A stretch of 63,037 nucleotides of DNA, the filler included, from Octopus bimaculoides (taxonomy: Eukaryota), in NCBI RefSeq assembly GCF_001194135.2. It is 6 parts of 6 records of this genome, joined end to end, with 100 filler letters (N's around TTAATTAATTAA, not from the genome) between each part and the next. Parts side by side here need not be neighbours in the genome. Positions count along the whole stretch, not along the records: positions 40,656 to 61,807 come from NC_069002.1; 5 more parts are not named here. One strand, given 5' to 3'. This document shows, piece after piece, positions 49,680-61,286 of the stretch (position 1 is the stretch's first letter; each line of letters opens with the position of its first letter). The notes under the pieces were generated by a model. That model saw nothing but the letters and a program-made list of their open reading frames with translations, did not search any database and had not been told where the DNA came from. A program made the position numbers and the translations under genes.

Positions 49680-50060
49680 TTATTTCATGTAAAAAATTGT
49701 CTTATTTCGATAATTTCTACTAATCACTGACGTCTATTCAGTTGAAAACAGTTAGCGCTGTAACGGTGTATATCGTATTAATCCCCTAACCCTAACCCTA
49801 ACCCTAACTAGACTGTTAACCCTAACCCTAAAACTAACCCTAACTCTAGAATCCGAACTCTAAAGTTGTTACACACATAGATACGCACAGCGTAATTTAT
49901 TATATAAACAATATATGCGTATAAATTACGATTAAACCAGATGAAATATGTCACAGGGAATAACATTTTTATGACCGCCCAGCAGTAACTCTATTCAGCT
50001 GAATAGACGTCAGTGATTGGTTGAAATTACAGAAATACGACAACTTTAACATGGAATAAC
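49680..50060. mobile_element. Foldback element with (CCCTAA)n core
   Basis: 49722-49754 pairs with 49986-50018, with weaker pairing out to 49680/50060. CCCTAA arrays at 49784-49845. Perfect palindrome CTATTCAGCTGAATAG at 49991-50006. Confidence 0.8.
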
Positions 50061-50992
50061 TTGCGATTTACGTTTTTTTTTGTTAAGAAGACTAAGAGTA
50101 AAAGATGTTTTATATGACACATTCTACCAGTGTCCCAAGTTTCAAAGTGTTTCGTTAGTGTTTCGTTAAGAAAATACTGGTGCCCCCGTTTTAAAATAGA
50201 TCCCAAAACGTACATGTAGGACAGACACAGAAGGATCGTAATTCTTTATCAGTTATCGTTCGAAAAATACCAGTTTCGTGTCTTTAACGATGAATATAGA
50301 TATACATGCATATATGGGTACAGGATGTCACCAACGGTGCAAATAATAAGAAATAGGTAAACAACAAGAAAAAAAATGGAAAACAGGATAAGTAAACACA
50401 AGAGAAAGGACCCGTCATCAGTTGTCGGCTGTCTAGTCAATTCAAAGAACAAACAATTACAAAGAGAGGAAAAAAAGAAGAAAGAAAACGAACGTGAGGA
50501 CGAGAGCAAGAAATATGTAAGCACGACGCTCGGTGAGAGGATATATACCTATATATATCTTTTACCGTTTGCTTGTTTCAATCATTCCTACACGTGTTTC
50601 AGTCATTCCTACACGTGTTTCAGTGATGATTATAAACCTGAATTAAGTAACTTTAGCCTAGTGTACTTATAATATGTGCATCAGAGTTTAGCTCAGAATC
50701 TGAAATAGATTCTATGTATGCGATGATATATTCTGTTTAGTTTATGCAAGTTTATGCAGTTTAGCTTTATAACTATCATTGAAACACGTGTAAGAATGAC
50801 ATAAGAGATAAATGCAGAACCAACGTTCCAGTTTCGCGTATTTATTTTTCTCTGTGCAGAGAGATTTAAAAGATGTATTTACAGTTGTTTAGTTTTTCTA
50901 CATCGTTGGTCTTATAAACACTAGTTTCACTACATGAATTCTAAGATCTTCCTTCTCTGTCTGTCTGTAAGCTTATATCCGCTCTCTCTCTC

Positions 50993-51103
<111 letters not shown>

Positions 51104-51566
51104 ATCTTTCTATTTATACAACTTCTACAATATATTCAACATCTTTTGGTATCTCTGTTTGCCTCTGTGTATGTGTGTGTGTGTATGTGTATGTGTGTGT
51201 GTGTCTGTAATATGTTAATGATTGTGTATATTAGAGTCAGTGCTTGATTATGTGTGTGCCTGTGACATTTATCCGAGTGTGTGCGTCAGTCACTGTACCT
51301 ATGTGTGTGTGTGTGTATGTGTGTTATATGTGGGTATGTTTGTGTGATATGTAGTAGATATGTGGATATATGTGTTCGTGCGTGTGCGCATATATATGTG
51401 GGTGTGTATGTGTCTGCCTGTCTCTGTGCCTCTGTGTGTATATGTGTATACGTATGTGTGATATGTGCATATATGTCTGTGCGTGTGTGTGTCAATGTGC
51501 TTCTCAGGGTATGTTGCATATGTATATATATCTATGTGTGTGTGTGTGTGTCTCTCTCTCTCTCCC

Positions 51567-51601
<35 letters not shown>

Positions 51602-51839
51602 GTCACTGTGCCTTTGTGTGCGTGTGTGTGTCTCTGTCGCTGCCTCTGAGTGTGCGTATGTATGCGTTTGTGGCTGTGTATCTCGTTACGTATTAGAAGA
51701 GAAAGAACGTTCCTATTTTTCCTTAGATCCAACCACTTTTAGGAAATAACGTCGTTACTGACCTCTTTTTTTTTATCTTTGTTTCTCTTCTTCCCCATTT
51801 TTTTAAAACACAACAACCGCAACCCGTCCTAATTTTAGC

Positions 51840-52300
51840 AGCCACCACCACCACCATCATTTATCATAATAACCTCTTCCACCCCCACTATCATCATCAT
51901 CGTCATCACCATCATCACCATAGATAAGCTATTTTTTTCCACCGCCACCTTCTGTTACTACCACCACCACCACCACCTACACTGTCGCAGCCGTCGCCAC
52001 CACTACCGTCATCATCATCATCATCATCACTATCACCATCTCACCATCAACACCGCCATCACAACCATTACCCATCACACATCACCACCCCATCCCATCC
52101 CACCAACCACCTCTACCATATCATCACCATCGCAATCGCCACTATCGTCGTCATCATCATCATCATCATCATCATCATGATCGCTATTACAATCTGACCA
52201 TCATCACCAAATCATCGTCATCATCATCATCATCATCATTGTCGTGACCATCGTTACTACCAGCCACCATCATCACCACCATCACAATCTCCATCACCAG
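51840..52300. repeat. (CAT)n/(CAC)n low-complexity tract
   Basis: Directly visible trinucleotide mosaics. Confidence 0.9.
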
Positions 52301-52959
52301 CATCACTTGCAGCACGTTCTCTTTTTCCTTCCGTATTTTTTTTCTATTTCTGTTTCTGTTTATCTTAGAATTATTTTGGGGAAGTTTGTAATTGGCGATA
52401 GAGAAAATGAGCGAAGGGGGAGGGTGAATAGTGAGATAGAGAGAGAGGGGGAGATAGAAGTGAGAGAGGGAGAGCGAGAGAAAGGGGGGATAGTCGAGAG
52501 AATGTTAGAGTTAGAAAGAATAGGAGAGTTGTGGACAGAGGTGGAAAGAATAAGAAAGGAGAAACATAGGTCAGAAAGAATGGGAGAGAGGTGGGAGATA
52601 GAAGGACAGGGAGAGTGGGAGGAGCAGGAGAGACTTTAAATGCGCTGAAGACGAGCGCGTGTATATATAAGTGAATGAGGGAGAGAGGGGAGTGGGAGGT
52701 GATAGACAGATCTGGAAGTGGAGAAGGGAGGAGGAGAGAGACAGGAAGAGAGCGAGCGTGCTGCCGACGAGTGTGGAAAGTGAGGTGGTTGTAAGTGGGG
52801 TGGGTGGAGAGAGGGAGAGGGAGGAGAGGTTTAAGCGTGCTGGAGATGAATTTAGAGATAGAGAGAGAGAGAGACTGAATGTGGAGTATGTGTGTGAGAG
52901 GGTGAGAGAGAGAGAAAAAAAGAAGGACACTGAGTGTGGGTGGGAGGGAGAAAGACAAT

Positions 52960-53870
52960 AAGTGTTTCTGACGATCACTGAGATGAAGAGAATGAGTGAG
53001 TAGGAGTAGAGAAAGAGAGCCAGAAAGAGACAGAGAGACATAAAGATATACAGAGCGAGAGACAGTGAGAGAGAAACACAGAAAAAGGAAGAGAGGGAGA
53101 TGACTAAAGAAAGATAGAGAGAATGAACGCAGTGTGTATGAGGGAGAAAGAGGAGAAACACTAAGCTGGAAAGAGGGTGACAGTATTGCAGACGGCCACG
53201 GAGACGAAAACAAATGGGTGTGAGTAAAGAGAGAGAAAGAGACGGACAGACAGAGAAACCGAGAGAGAGAGAGACGGACAGACAGAGAAACCGAGAGAGA
53301 GAGAGACGGACAGACAGAGAAACCGAGAGAGAGAGACGGACAGACAGAGAAACCGAGAGAGAGACGAATATAAAGATAGAGAATGAGTACAGAGGAGTAA
53401 GAGCGGGGAGAGATAGTGAGTGAGATGTGAGGAAGTGGACAGCAAATATTGCAGACGATCAAAGAGATAAAAGGTATTGAGTGAGTAGGATTAGAGAGAC
53501 AGAGGAGAAATGAATATATAAAGATAGAGAGAATAAGCACAGAGTAGTAAAGAGAAAGAAAAAGTGTGTGTGTGTGTGAGAAAGAGAGGCAGAGGTGTTT
53601 AGTGGAAAAGAGAGAGAGAGAGAGACACTTAAGTATTACAGACGACATAGATAAAGAGAATGAGTGAGTAGGAGTAAAAAGCGACAAAAGGTGAGAGATT
53701 GAGCGAGAGAGAGAGAGAGAGAGAGGTGGGGGTAGAGCTATACAAAGATAGGAAGCATGTGCGCAGATGGGAAAAGAGAGAGGGAGAAAAAAGAAGTATA
53801 CGTGTGAGACAGCAAGTATTGCAGACAACCAAAGCCATAAAGAGAATGAGTGAGATTAAGGAGAGAGACA
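52960..53870. repeat. Purine-rich degenerate satellite, five ~45-bp cores at 183-263-bp spacing, with an embedded 4x ~30-bp repeat
   Basis: Core AAGTATTGCAGACGA...GATAAAGAGAATGAGTGAGTAGGAG at 52960, 53181, 53444, 53631 and 53814; GAGACGGACAGACAGAGAAACCGAGA x4 at ~53238-53365. Confidence 0.8.
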
Positions 53871-55436
53871 GATAGACAGACTTTTCCTAGTATAATACAG
53901 AGTTTTATGACACAATATTAAGAAAATATTGCGACTCCTGGGGAATTAGTAAAAAAGTAGGAGACTTCTGTGAAGGAAATGATGTATTCTCAGAAGTGTG
54001 GAGGTAGGATGACGAAAGTAGGTGACCCCAGTAATGTAAGAGAGGTTCGCCACTCCCTGTAGTGTAGGTGTGTAAAAGTCTGGAATGTGTGGAGAAAGAA
54101 ACTCGGTTTCAATTGCTTGTGAGAAAAGCGTAGAAATAACATCCATTTTGTCTTTTATCACTTGTCGGAAGACGATATTAGAAATTAATACACATAAGGC
54201 AAAGAATAAATTTAAGTTCCTTTCCGCCCTCCGAGATGTCACTGAAGTCCTGTTTCGCATTCCTTTATATAACAAGATATCTTCTTATCTTTTGTTTGTC
54301 ATTGGACTGTGGCCATGCTAGGGCACCACCTTAAAAGGTCAAACAGGCCGACCCCCAGTATTTACTTTTTTTTCTTTTTATTTCTTTCTTTTTTTTTTTT
54401 GGTACTTACTTAATCTGTGGAGGCGCGTGACTGTGCCGGCGGCACGTTATGAGTTTGAGCAAGAACTTTATTTGACGTTTCTCCAGTTCACTTAACTGGC
54501 AGAAATGAGTAAAGGCGGCGAAATGCTTAACGGTATTTCGTCGGTCCGAGGCTTATAATGGAAGACACTTGTGTGAGGTGCCACGCAGTGGGATTGAACT
54601 CAGAGCCGTGTAGTTTGGAAGCAAGCTTCTTACCACCCAGTCACGTCTGCGCCTAAATGTTTCACTTTTTAATAATCCTCGATAACACGGTATACTCAAT
54701 TCTGAACCATGTCTCGCCTATCACGAATTGACCTAAGCTATCAGTGTGAAAAAATTTGCTAGGACAGCAAAAATGCACCCCAGCGAACAATCCACAATGC
54801 TCACCTACCCAGAATGCACTAATTATCTCTCATATTTGCATGACCGTGCTGTGAGTCAGCACATCTTTAGTACGGTTTGACGTTCGTGTACCCATGAACT
54901 TGCCACCAGCGAACAAAGAATATAGTTTTTCGCTGTTATATTTTTATTATTTCAGTCATGAAACATTATTATCATGTATTTACGTAATAAGGAGTTAGAA
55001 ACTTCGAGAGAAAGTAAATTTATTCTGTCTTAGAACAGTGGAGCTCGACACAAATAGAGCTATATGGCATGTCAAAAGCCCCTTGGAGAAGAAAAACAGA
55101 TATGGGTGCGAGTGCCAAGAGCAGCCTTCAATTTTTTTTATTCCAAAGTTTGTTTTTTGTTTTTTTTAATCCAGTAGTTACAGGCTATATTTATAGCTAT
55201 GTTTGCTTCGATCTCCATTGTTCCAATTAAGAACTATCATTATGTGTGTTTGCAGATGTTATTTGGATAAGCTGGGGTACAACATGAAATCTATTGTTTT
55301 TTCTCTGTTTTATTCGTTTTATTCATTCAATTCGGTGTTGTTGCTTTTTAGGGCTGGGATCATGGAACCATATACCCGAGATAAACGAAGCTAGATGTAT
55401 TATATTAACTAGATTCATTTTCTGTTATATTTTCAG

Positions 55437-55813
55437 TGAAAACAGCGAAGAGAAGGGAATCATACACGTACGACCAAACTGTACACAAGGTAACGTCACA
55501 TGGCCTCATCCATACAATGCAGTCCGTCTAGGATTGAATCCATTGACGAAAGGTCACGAGTTCGAAACGTGCGTGAAAATAAAAGTCGATTTTGTTTCGG
55601 TCATAGTTTATGAGGAAAACTTGGGCAATATCGAAGGTATGAAGCAGTTGTTTATCATTCAAAGCGGAAAAGAAAGACAGTACTGCAAAACATCGTATTC
55701 TCCTATTACTTTATTTATTGAGCCTGTACGTTCACACGTATACTGGGGACCCCCGAAGGTCGTCATCTACTACGAAAGACTCGAATTACGAAGTCAAATG
55801 GATCCAATGAGAG
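55437..55813 (+). CDS. METRNL: Meteorin/METRNL-family gene, CUB-like-domain exon (phase 2-1)
   Basis: Acceptor TTATATTTTCAG| and donor GAG|GTGAGT; 125 open codons. NCTQGNVTWPHPYNAVRLGLNP...ETCVK...VIVYEE...QYC...LFIEP...YE aligns with the METRNL pattern RCAAGAVEWMYPTGALIVNLRP...TVCIR...NIYLEK...VQC...LFVEA...QYE (recalled, not searched). Symbol is family-level. Confidence 0.85.
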
Positions 55814-56197
55814 GTGAGTCTATAGAAGTTGTGTATTTTTAAAGCTTATACAGAGTGCTGAAGTTGGTAGAGTTATTAGAGTGAAAATTGGAACTTAAAT
55901 ATTTAGAACATGACCTCAGTATTTTGCGATATCACTGGTAATATTCCTAGATTTAGTGTCGCTGTCTCTCAGTTACATAAAGTGAATCCTGTGGAATTAG
56001 ATGTACTACGCAATTACACGGAGCATTTATAACGGCCAAGCTGTTGCTGCTAACTGTGCTATTCTCTCATCTGTTGAACTTAAATAAGAGAAACCAACTA
56101 ACTATTAATAGTTTAACTGTTTAGCAACTTTTTAACACATAGGTATGTATAACAGATACATATTAATTTGTAAGATATACATACATACATACATATA

Positions 56198-56245
<48 letters not shown>

Positions 56246-56627
56246 AAATGGATGTGCTATAAAACTATTCTGCACATACAATAACAGCCATGCCAACAAT
56301 CAAACATGCTTGCATCATCAGCTGCCCCACGGATATCAATATGGTTTCGACACCTGAACAGTACCGTTCAATCCAGCGGTGTTAACAGCACTAAAATAAA
56401 TGTTGTTTGGGAACAAACATACCTTAGATATCACCACATTCATTCAATCTTAAGTCTAGGACGGATTAAACACTAAACTACAACAAAGAAATGTTTTTTT
56501 GTTTATGGGGATATGTTATTCAAGCGGACAACAGTTATTCGCTATAATGGATTGATGATTCTGGTTATCGTTCGTGTGTTCAAGTACTAACGTTTGTGGT
56601 TGGTTGGTTTTACGATTCTTAGCACTA

Positions 56628-56694
56628 CTATAGCCTCGGGCTGACCAAAGCTTTGTGAGTGGATTTGGTAGACGGAAACTGAAAGAAGCCCGTC

Positions 56695-56769
<75 letters not shown>

Positions 56770-56935
56770 TGTGTCTGTTTCTATCTCTCCACCATCGCTT
56801 GATAACCGATGTTGGTGTGTTTACGTCCCCGTAACATTAGCGGTTCTGCAAAAGAGACCGGTAGAATGAGTACTGGGATTACAAAGAATTAGTCCCGGCC
56901 ACAGTCAAATCACTGAAACCAAACCAGTAAAAGAA
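56628..56935 (+). mobile_element. SINE family B, 5'-truncated, intronic
   Basis: CTACTATAGCCTCGGGCTGACCAAAGC... identical to 3356 onward; long (TA)n insert. Confidence 0.85.
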
Positions 56936-57110
56936 TGAAAGTATGTATATGTATGTGTAGGCATGTATGTGTGCGTGGGTGTGCGTGGCAGAGGATTTCA
57001 ATAACAGTATCCTAGATATCGGGATACTGTTGTCAAAAACTGATGGGTTGGTAAAAATATGACAAAAAACGAGAACACCTTATAACATGTTGAATTTGCA
57101 TTCATTTCAG

Positions 57111-57167
57111 AATGTCGACCTTGTGAAGAAGAAGAGCTTCATAAATTGTTCTGCACCAGTGATTATA
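57111..57167 (+). CDS. METRNL: Meteorin/METRNL-family gene, 57-nt exon starting the NTR domain (phase 1-1)
   Basis: Acceptor TTCATTTCAG| and donor A|GTAAGT. Splices in frame to give (E)CRPCEEEELHKLFCTSDY, cf. vertebrate PCRPCSDTEVLLAVCTSDF. Confidence 0.9.
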
Positions 57168-57220
57168 GTAAGTACTTCTGAAAAGAGTTCATCATACTCC
57201 TCATGTGTGTGTGTGTGTGT

Positions 57221-57298
57221 TCAAAAGATAATTAGGCCATCATCTCTGTAAAACCCACCATATATGAGCAGAATTTTTCGTTTAATAATTTTGAAGTA
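57221..57298 (-). mobile_element. Penelope-like RT fragment
   Basis: YGGFYRDDGLIIF contains the YRDDGL catalytic motif seen in many Penelope-like RTs; very short. Confidence 0.45.
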
Positions 57299-57335
57299 CA
57301 CACATACAGACACATACACACACACGTACGTACAC

Positions 57336-57366
<31 letters not shown>

Positions 57367-57540
57367 TCTCTCTCCTTCTCTCACGATAAATATATATATA
57401 CATATATATATGTGTGTGTATATATATGCACCTCTTCAACTTGCCAGCTCCTGTCAAACCGACCATGGTAGCATGGGGAACGGACGTTAAAAGATGTTGA
57501 TGATGATAATGATGATATATGTGTATATGTGTGTGTATAT

Positions 57541-57846
57541 ATCATCATCATCATCATCACCATCATAGTTTAACGTCCGTTTTCCATGCTGGCTGATTTG
57601 AACGGTTTGACTGAGGACTGGTGAGCCAGAGGCTGCACCATGCTCAATCTGGTCTAGCAAAGTTTCTACAGCTGGATGCCCTTCCTAACGCCAACCATTC
57701 CGAGAGTGTAGTGGGTGCTTTTTACGTGCCACCGGCACGTGGGTCAGTCAGGCGGTTCTGGCAACGACCACGCTCACGCTCAAAAGGTGTTTTTACGTGC
57801 TACCTGCACAGGAGCCAGTCCGGCGGCACTGACAACGACCACGCTC
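57541..57846 (-). mobile_element. Family E retroposon, tail-to-tail with a plus-strand 3' end at ~57430-57516
   Basis: Reverse complement of the 4435-4691 family, including GTTTCTACAGCTGGATGCCCTTCCTAACGCC and the (ATC)n tail. Confidence 0.8.
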
Positions 57847-58225
57847 TGATGTACTTTTATATATATGTGTATATATATATATATATNNNNNNNNNNNNNN
57901 NNNNNNNNNNNNNNNNNNNNNNNNNNNNNNNNNNNNNNNNNNNNNNNNNNNNNNNNNNNNNNNNNNNNNNNNNNNNNNNNNNNNNNNNNNNNNNNNNNNN
58001 NNNNNNNNNNNNNNNNNNNNNNNNNNNNNNNNNNNNNNNNNNNNNNNNNNNNNNNNNNNNNNNNNNNNNNNNNNNNNNNNNNNNNNNNNNNNNNNNNNNN
58101 NNNNNNNNNNNNNNNNNNNNNNNNNNNNNNNNNNNNNNNNNNNNNNNNNNNNNNNNNNNNNNNNNNNNNNNNNNNNNNNNNNNNNNNNNNNNNNNNNNNN
58201 NNNNNNNNNNNNNNNNNNNNNNNNN

Positions 58226-58444
58226 AAAAATTCCTTTTATCGTACTTCTAGAACAGGACCATTGAAAACTACACTTGTGGTCCCAGAAAAATGTAAAATC
58301 CAAAGAGGTTCCGGTAATTTTCTGTTTATTGCAAGAAAGCGATTGGATAAATCGCATTTAACTTGTGCGCCGTATTTGAGTCACTGGGAGGAAATCAAGG
58401 AAAGAGCTCTTCAAACTGGATCTATGCAATGTTCTTACGATTGA
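58226..58444 (+). CDS. METRNL: Meteorin/METRNL-family gene, terminal exon (NTR C-terminus); 5' part hidden in gap 57887-58225
   Basis: KNSFYRTSRTGPLKTTLVVPEKCKIQRGSGNFLFIARKRLDKSHLTCAPYLSHWEEIKERALQTGSMQCSYD*, cf. vertebrate ECGVRPGHGDFLFTG...LGCAPRF...NPCE near the C-terminus; TGA at 58442-58444. Confidence 0.85.
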   Translation, partial: KNSFYRTSRTGPLKTTLVVPEKCKIQRGSGNFLFIARKRLDKSHLTCAPYLSHWEEIKERALQTGSMQCSYD

Positions 58445-59640
58445 AAGATGAAGCAGAATTGATGAAAGAAATTCAGAAGAGAAGCTAATGTCAAGAAAAA
58501 ACATCGTGGAACAAAAAAAAAAAAAAAAAGGAAGAATTTTTTTTTTAATTCCTTCACGAGTTTCTTTTATACCTCTCTAGGTCAATGAAGCAAAATTTTG
58601 CCGATTATTGGTGGAAAGAACCGAAATTCAATGCATTTTTACACCCGATTCCATTCAAGAATCATTTTTGGTTCGTCTGTGAAGGCTTATTTCGTTCTTC
58701 CACAACGAAATGGATGCAGGATTAAGACAAAAACAGAAAGACGTGATCAAAGATCGATCTGTAGTGAGGTGTTTAGTTCGTGAAATGAACTGCAAAATTG
58801 AAAGGCTAAATATCTACAGAGTTTGGCAAAATAACTTTTATACTGACACAAAACCTTCTAACCTATGAGTGAATTTTGACAACCGTATCCTACCAACTGA
58901 TAAATTGATATTTTGGCTAATGGCAGACGACAGATGATAGACTGCATAGACATTCGCACAGGTTTATGTACTGTTCGTCACAGATTACGAATCACGTGAG
59001 ACATTTGTTTCACACATGATAGATCGACAGTGAATCTGAAAGCCCACACAAAACGGACATGTTATATACTTTGTTCATATATGTATGTATACGTTTGTGT
59101 GTGTGTGTGTTTATATGATATCGGTTGACAATTTAACTCACTATGGTCAAACCAATCTCTGATTTACTTACTGTTAAACAAATATCCCTGATTTGCTTAC
59201 CGTGTGTTCACGTAATTTATTCGAAAGAGATGTAACCTCTCACTCGTTGTGTTACACTTCTGTTTCGGACACTAAACTACACGTAGATTAATGCTCGGAT
59301 ATAAATATAGCATCAGAGAACCAAACGTCATAATACTCAGCGTTGAGGGATTACAAATAGAACATAATCAAGATACCGAAATGACCAAATCGAATGATTA
59401 TCAATTGAATTCCAACTCAAAAACAAACCGACAAAGCATTGCCAACGTGGGTCTACAACCCGCAACCTTTTAATCATTTGGTGTTTTTTTTTACTTTATT
59501 TTTCAATTATTTTTTTACTATATATTTGTTTATTTTTGTTTTCATTCCTTTTATACTTTTTTCTAAAACAATATGTCATATACATACACACATACAGACG
59601 TATATACTCATACATTGTGTATGTGCGGTCGATAATGTTG

Positions 59641-59673
<33 letters not shown>

Positions 59674-60166
59674 TACATACATACACAGATATATATATAT
59701 ATATATATGTATATGTGTGTGTGTATATATATATGTGTGTGTGTGTGTGTTTGCGTGTAAATATTGGGTTAAAAATAATTTGGTTAGAAAGAGTTGAAGG
59801 TTGAGCGTGTAACACGAACCTATATCTTCTGTAACCATGACAGATGTTCTACCATTGGACCAAAGCAATCCTTCGAATTTCTCAATCCAGTTTCTCATTA
59901 GCAAGAAATGTATATTGTTTACGTCATTAAATAATTATGACGTAACAGACGTGAAATAATTCTATTCTTTTAACGGTCAAACTCGAAGTAAATAAAGCTA
60001 TAACAAATGGCATGTAAATACTGGTTTAAACAGTCATTAATTTTTTTTTCTATCCAAACGGATTTTTAACCAAATATCCACATGTTATTATTTATAGTTT
60101 CATCTATTTCGAGTTCCACTGCAAGAAAAGAAAAAAATGATTTATTTCACATCTCACGAAGTTTCT

Positions 60167-60230
60167 AAATTATTATGACATAAATTATTATGACATAAAT
60201 TATTATGACATAAATTATTATGACATAAAT
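60167..60230. repeat. Perfect 15-bp x4 tandem repeat
   Basis: (AAATTATTATGACAT)4 plus AAAT, abutting a SINE head. Confidence 0.95.
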
Positions 60231-60635
60231 AGGCGTAGGCGTGGCTGCATGGTAAGAAGCTTGCTTCAGGTTCAGTCCCACTGTGTGAAACCGTGGGCAG
60301 ATCTCTTCTACGATAGCCTCGAACCGACCAAAACCTTGTGAGTGTATTTGGTAGATGGAAACCATAAGAAGCACGTCGTGTGTGTGTGTGTGTGTGTGTA
60401 TGTGTGTGTTTATACCTGAGCTTGTCCTCCACCACCGCTCGTCCTGTGTTTGTCCTCCACACCGGAGTTGATGTGTTTACGTCCACATTACTTAACAGTT
60501 CGGCATGAGAGGCCGATGGAATAAGTACCAGGCTTTCAAAAATAAAAATGTACTGGGGTCGATACATTGGACTAAAAATTCTTCAAGGTGGTGCCCCAGC
60601 ATGGCCGCAGGCTCATGATTGAAACGAATAAAGAT
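60231..60635 (+). mobile_element. SINE family B
   Basis: GGCGTGGCTGCATGGTAAGAAG head through CCCCAGCATGGCCGCAG tail. Confidence 0.8.
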
Positions 60636-61234
60636 AAACAGCATACAATTCTGGTGAGAAGAACGTAGTTAGTAAACGTCTTTCATACTGCAATTATATA
60701 AAATGAAGTGCGAATCATTGAGCTATTTAAAAAATATATTCATATGATTTGATTCATATATTTTTGTAATTCTATTCATTAGCTGAAAAGATATTCCTTT
60801 GTAAGTTAGAGAAGGTACACAGCGTCATTGAGGCATTTTGATGCTTACTTTGAGTTTGTTTGTTTTTTTTTTGTCTATGTTTTATATATGAGAGTGTACA
60901 TGCGTACACAAGTAAAACTTGGAGGTATAAACAACGATTTATTTTTCTTCCGATCTCCACACACTACTATATATANNNNNNNNNNNNNNNNNNNNNNNNN
61001 NNNNNNNNNNNNNNNNNNNNNNNNNNNNNNNNNNNNNNNNNNNNNNNNNNNNNNNNNNNNNNNNNNNNNNNNNNNNNNNNNNNNNNNNNNNNNNNNNNNN
61101 NNNNNNNNNNNNNNNNNNNNNNNNNNNNNNNNNNNNNNNNNNNNNNNNNNNNNNNNNNNNNNNNNNNNNNNNNNNNNNNNNNNNNNNNNNNNNNNNNNNN
61201 NNNNNNNNNNNNNNNNNNNNNNNNNNNNNNNNNN

Positions 61235-61286
<52 letters not shown>

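Noticed and set aside
52371-53828. 485-aa minus-strand ORF (and other ORFs in this tract)
   Set aside because: Leu/Ser/Phe-rich translation of a CT-rich strand that lacks stops for compositional reasons; no domain.
54820-54860. TAATTA, octamer ATTTGCAT and AP-1 TGAGTCA cluster as an enhancer
   Set aside because: Short motifs expected by chance in 63 kb of AT-rich DNA; no conservation data.
55294-55842. The 182-aa ORF as a complete single-exon gene
   Set aside because: It starts at TTG in a pyrimidine tract; homology is confined to the interval between canonical splice sites 55437-55813.
58226-58920. Initial impression of a mariner relic
   Set aside because: The 58226-58444 frame fits the meteorin NTR C-terminus far better; the downstream resemblance is too weak.
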